DNA from: Promethearchaeia archaeon
Lineage (GTDB): Archaea; Asgardarchaeota; Lokiarchaeia; Sigyniarchaeales; SOKP01
Assembly (NCBI GenBank): GCA_029856155.1
Contig: JAHQWL010000052.1
Span: 107,130-171,129 of the forward strand
Length of the DNA stretch: 64,000 nt
Direction of reading: 5' to 3'
A model generated the notes under the pieces. It did no database searches. It was not told the DNA's origin and saw nothing but the letters and a program-made list of their open reading frames with translations. Shown one piece after another: positions 60,969-64,000 of the stretch. Each line of letters opens with the position of its first letter. Positions within the stretch are counted from its first letter, which is position 1. The position numbers and the translations under genes were made by a program.

Positions 60969-61535
60969 ATGAAGAGATATGACGCTATAAAAAAGATTGT
61001 GGAGTCGTTGAGTAATGAATTCATTGTATGCAATCTTGGTGCTCCCTCACGTGAGTTATATAATATCTCCGATAGAGACTCAAATTTTTATATGTTGGGC
61101 TCTATGGGACTAGCTAGCTCTATAGCTTTAGGGGTTGCTCTCGCTCAGCCTAAACAAACAGTTTGGTGTATTGATGGAGATGGTTCCTTATTAATGAATC
61201 TTGGAAGTCTCAGTACAATAGCCAATAATAGCCCACATAATTTAACTCTCATAGTTATAGATAATTCTTCATATGGCTCTACTGGTGATCAAAAAACTTA
61301 TACAAGTGGTAAATCAAAATTAGAAGTCATCGCAAAAGGAGCAGGATTTGAATCAATTACTATTATCGACAAAGAAAACGAAATAATTCAAGGCCTAAAA
61401 AATTTGGGTGCGGGATGCCATTTTGTACTCATTAAAACTCAACCCGGTAATGCTTACGTAAGTATCATCCCTTTACTTCCTGAGGAGATTAAAACTCGAT
61501 TTTGTAAAGCAATGCTGAACTTCAGGCACCCCTGA
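60969..61535 (+). CDS. comE: Sulfopyruvate decarboxylase beta subunit
   Basis: [26 protein letters not shown] motif GDGSLLMN...DN..YGSTG.Q. Confidence 0.85.
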   Translation: MKRYDAIKKIVESLSNEFIVCNLGAPSRELYNISDRDSNFYMLGSMGLASSIALGVALAQPKQTVWCIDGDGSLLMNLGSLSTIANNSPHNLTLIVIDNSSYGSTGDQKTYTSGKSKLEVIAKGAGFESITIIDKENEIIQGLKNLGAGCHFVLIKTQPGNAYVSIIPLLPEEIKTRFCKAMLNFRHP

Positions 61536-61748
61536 AAAAAAAATCTAAAAGTATGAAAATCAATATCAAAAAATACAAATATCGTACTATTTTTCAAATC
61601 TTATTATTTAGAGGATTCATTCCAGATAATGTTTTAATTGTTGAAAAGTATTCAAGAAAAGACTTATATAATAATATTGTAATCTATTAATCATCTTATT
61701 ATTATCTTGATAAGTTTATATAAAAATTATCAGTAGAGGCGAAATAAA

Positions 61749-64000
61749 ATGAAAAAAGAGATTAAAGCTCTTTTTCTTCCCTTTCTTATACTTTTTCCCT
61801 TAATAACCACTTCTTCAATAATTCTACTTTCTCAGAATGAATATAATGGACATAGAATAAAATCAATTGAACATTATCCAAATCTCTCTTCCACCGTTCC
61901 ATTTAAAGTGGGTTATGGAAGTAATCTTGCATCACTTGATCCTATTGATACTTGGGATCCCCCCTCATTTAACGTACAACATCAAGTTGTAGAGGGATTA
62001 GTTGGCTACAACTACTCCAATCATCCTAATTATACAATAAAGGCGGTGCTTGCGGAATCTTGGGTTTGGGATAGTGATACTCAAATCACTTTTACGTTAA
62101 GACGAGGTGTGCAATTCCATGATGGAACAATGATGACTGCCGAAGATATAAAATGGAATTTTGAAAGGGTACAATATTTCATTAACGCCACAGGTGCTCT
62201 TCCTGGTAATACTACACAAGCATTTCCAAGCTCATTATTATATCATGTTGATGGTACTCCTATCTTTGATTCATTTATTGCAGATGATAATGTTGATCCT
62301 TATGAATTTACAATAATTTTAAGTAAACCTTTTGGTGCGTTATTAGATTTACTATGCTTTGGAGCCACGCATATTTTATCACCTGAATCTACGTCTAGAT
62401 ATAGATATCTCGATTTAGCAACTGATGATTTAGTTGGTACCGGTCCTTTTGATTATCAACATTTTTTCAGAGATTGGGAAATAAAATTTAAAGCATTTGA
62501 AAATTACTGGCAAGGAGAAGCCCAAATTAAAAACATGATTTGGACGATCATCGAAGATGACACTGCTAGAATGACTGCTGGTTTATCCGGACAATTTGAT
62601 TATATTGATGATGTTACAAAGCAGTTTATCGAAACGTTCAAAGCCGATCCAGACTTTCATGTAGAAGATGTTGGTGAAGATCTCTGGTATTTCTATTTAG
62701 AGATTTACTGTGGCCCTAGAGATACTGCTGGAAATATGATGGATCCGGGGAATCCTCAATACCAGAAAAATCCTCCATACTTAAGACGAGCTTTAGCATT
62801 AGCACTTGATTATTCTTATATTTATGATGAAATTCAAGCTGGATATGCTGTTGAAGGAACTACCGCAGTTCCTCGGGCTATGCCAGGACATAATGCATCT
62901 GTCGTACAAGCCAGTGATTCTAGTTTCGCGTGGGGGACCAATATCGTAAAAGCAAGACAGCTTTTGAAAGATAATGCTGCTGACATTGTTGCACGCGGAG
63001 GTATCGATATTTCTGGATTTGATGTCAATAATTATGGTGATTGGACAGGTCAAAACATCCTTGGAAGAGATCTTGAAATAAACAGACTCTTTGGAAGTAC
63101 AACCAGCCAACGAATAAATCAATTAATGGCAAACAACTTTGACCTGATTGGAATTCAAATAACAGAAACAATAAGAGAGTGGTGTGTTTATTTAGATACT
63201 GGTGTAAACACTCCTTGGTTAATGGATATTGGATATGTTGAACGGTGCCCAGATTACTTAAATCCATTCAATATGATTGATCCATTATTTAACTTAGCTT
63301 CTGGTTCATGTTTCTCACGAATTAACGATACTAGCACTGGTGGATTAACTGAATTGATGAATGCCGCCGCAATCGAAACTGATTATTCAACACAATTAGA
63401 CTATTATATGAAGATCCAATCATTAATTTATGATATAAACCGTCCTTTAAATCCAGCTAGTCATGTTCATATCTCAGGTTGGGTAAATTTTATACAGCAA
63501 GTTCATAAGGCAGAATTAGAAAACTTTTCTTATAATGTAATGGAAATACTTGATTTATATTCATTAAACTATTCAATTCATACCTCCACTGCAAATTTTC
63601 CATTTAAAGTGGGTTATGGGAGTAATCCTGCAGCACTTGATCCTGTTGATACTTGGGATCTCCCATCAAAAAATATGCAACACCAAGTTATAGAGGGATT
63701 AGTTGAGTACGATTACTCCACTCATCCTTATTATATAATAAAACCTGTGCTTGCCGAATCATGGGTTTGGGATAGTGATACTCAGATCACATTCACCTTA
63801 AGGCAGGGCGTGCAATTCCATGATGGAACAATGATGACTGCCGAAGATGTGAAATGGAATTTTGAAAGAGTACAATATTTCATTAACGCCACAGGTGTTC
63901 TTCCTGCCAATTCAACATCATGGACAGCATTCCCAAGCTCATTATTTTTTCATAGTGATGGTACTCCTATCTTTGATTCATTTATTGCAGATGATAATAT
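61749..64000 (+). CDS. Family-5 (OppA/DppA-like) solute-binding protein with tandem SBP domains; 3'-truncated by window edge
   Basis: Manual translation from ATG 61749: signal peptide, LDP.D.WD, EGLV, LAESW, F.LR.GV.FHDG...TAED, GTGPF. A second copy begins in frame near 63600; absent from the ORF track because no stop is reached. Confidence 0.85.
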   Translation, partial: MKKEIKALFLPFLILFPLITTSSIILLSQNEYNGHRIKSIEHYPNLSSTVPFKVGYGSNLASLDPIDTWDPPSFNVQHQVVEGLVGYNYSNHPNYTIKAVLAESWVWDSDTQITFTLRRGVQFHDGTMMTAEDIKWNFERVQYFINATGALPGNTTQAFPSSLLYHVDGTPIFDSFIADDNVDPYEFTIILSKPFGALLDLLCFGATHILSPESTSRYRYLDLATDDLVGTGPFDYQHFFRDWEIKFKAFENYWQGEAQIKNMIWTIIEDDTARMTAGLSGQFDYIDDVTKQFIETFKADPDFHVEDVGEDLWYFYLEIYCGPRDTAGNMMDPGNPQYQKNPPYLRRALALALDYSYIYDEIQAGYAVEGTTAVPRAMPGHNASVVQASDSSFAWGTNIVKARQLLKDNAADIVARGGIDISGFDVNNYGDWTGQNILGRDLEINRLFGSTTSQRINQLMANNFDLIGIQITETIREWCVYLDTGVNTPWLMDIGYVERCPDYLNPFNMIDPLFNLASGSCFSRINDTSTGGLTELMNAAAIETDYSTQLDYYMKIQSLIYDINRPLNPASHVHISGWVNFIQQVHKAELENFSYNVMEILDLYSLNYSIHTSTANFPFKVGYGSNPAALDPVDTWDLPSKNMQHQVIEGLVEYDYSTHPYYIIKPVLAESWVWDSDTQITFTLRQGVQFHDGTMMTAEDVKWNFERVQYFINATGVLPANSTSWTAFPSSLFFHSDGTPIFDSFIADDN
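61899..64000 (+). repeat. Intragenic direct repeat, period 1701 bp (567 codons)
   Basis: ccatttaaagtgggttatgg at 61899 and 63600; long identical tracts such as gtgcaattccatgatggaacaatgatgactgccgaagat and gatggtactcctatctttgattcatttattgcagatgataat occur in both copies. Confidence 0.9.

Noticed and set aside
82-63267. Many short ORF-track entries antisense or out of frame to larger genes (e.g. 82-276, 533-814, 8735-9127, 11356-11913, 14601-14894, 32589-32978, 54704-55090, 62799-63267)
   Set aside because: They are shadow ORFs overlapping well-supported genes, with S/F/I/L-rich antisense composition and no motifs.

Overview
AT-rich (roughly 70-75% AT), gene-dense archaeal chromosomal DNA, very probably from an Asgard archaeon (Lokiarchaeia/Promethearchaeia-like). 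It encodes an actin-family protein, two Rab-like small GTPases, a longin-like protein and an SDS22-type LRR protein. These sit among archaeal housekeeping genes (tRNA splicing endonuclease, PINA, ASH-Ski2-like helicase, DRG GTPase, folD, purH, guaB, comDE). No rRNA, tRNA, CRISPR array or intact mobile element was seen. Main observations: (1) a 39.9-49.3 kb regulon-like block in which three divergent promoter regions share a TTCA-N7-TGAA palindrome, each facing a two-domain GbsR/MarR-type regulator that occurs once split and twice fused, opposite two ABC-2 exporters, an HxxxD acyltransferase and an eroded nitrilase remnant; (2) three genes whose conserved N-termini are reachable only from an AUU codon 5-6 nt downstream of an SD-like motif; (3) an actin-related protein with a four-CxxC zinc-ribbon insertion and altered hydrolysis residues; (4) a SIRT6/7 (class IV)-like sirtuin; (5) a stand-alone half-LIM-like finger, a HEAT plus tandem winged-helix protein, a candidate structured ncRNA, and a solute-binding protein with a recent 1701-bp internal duplication. 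All family calls come from motif recognition by eye; no searches were run.
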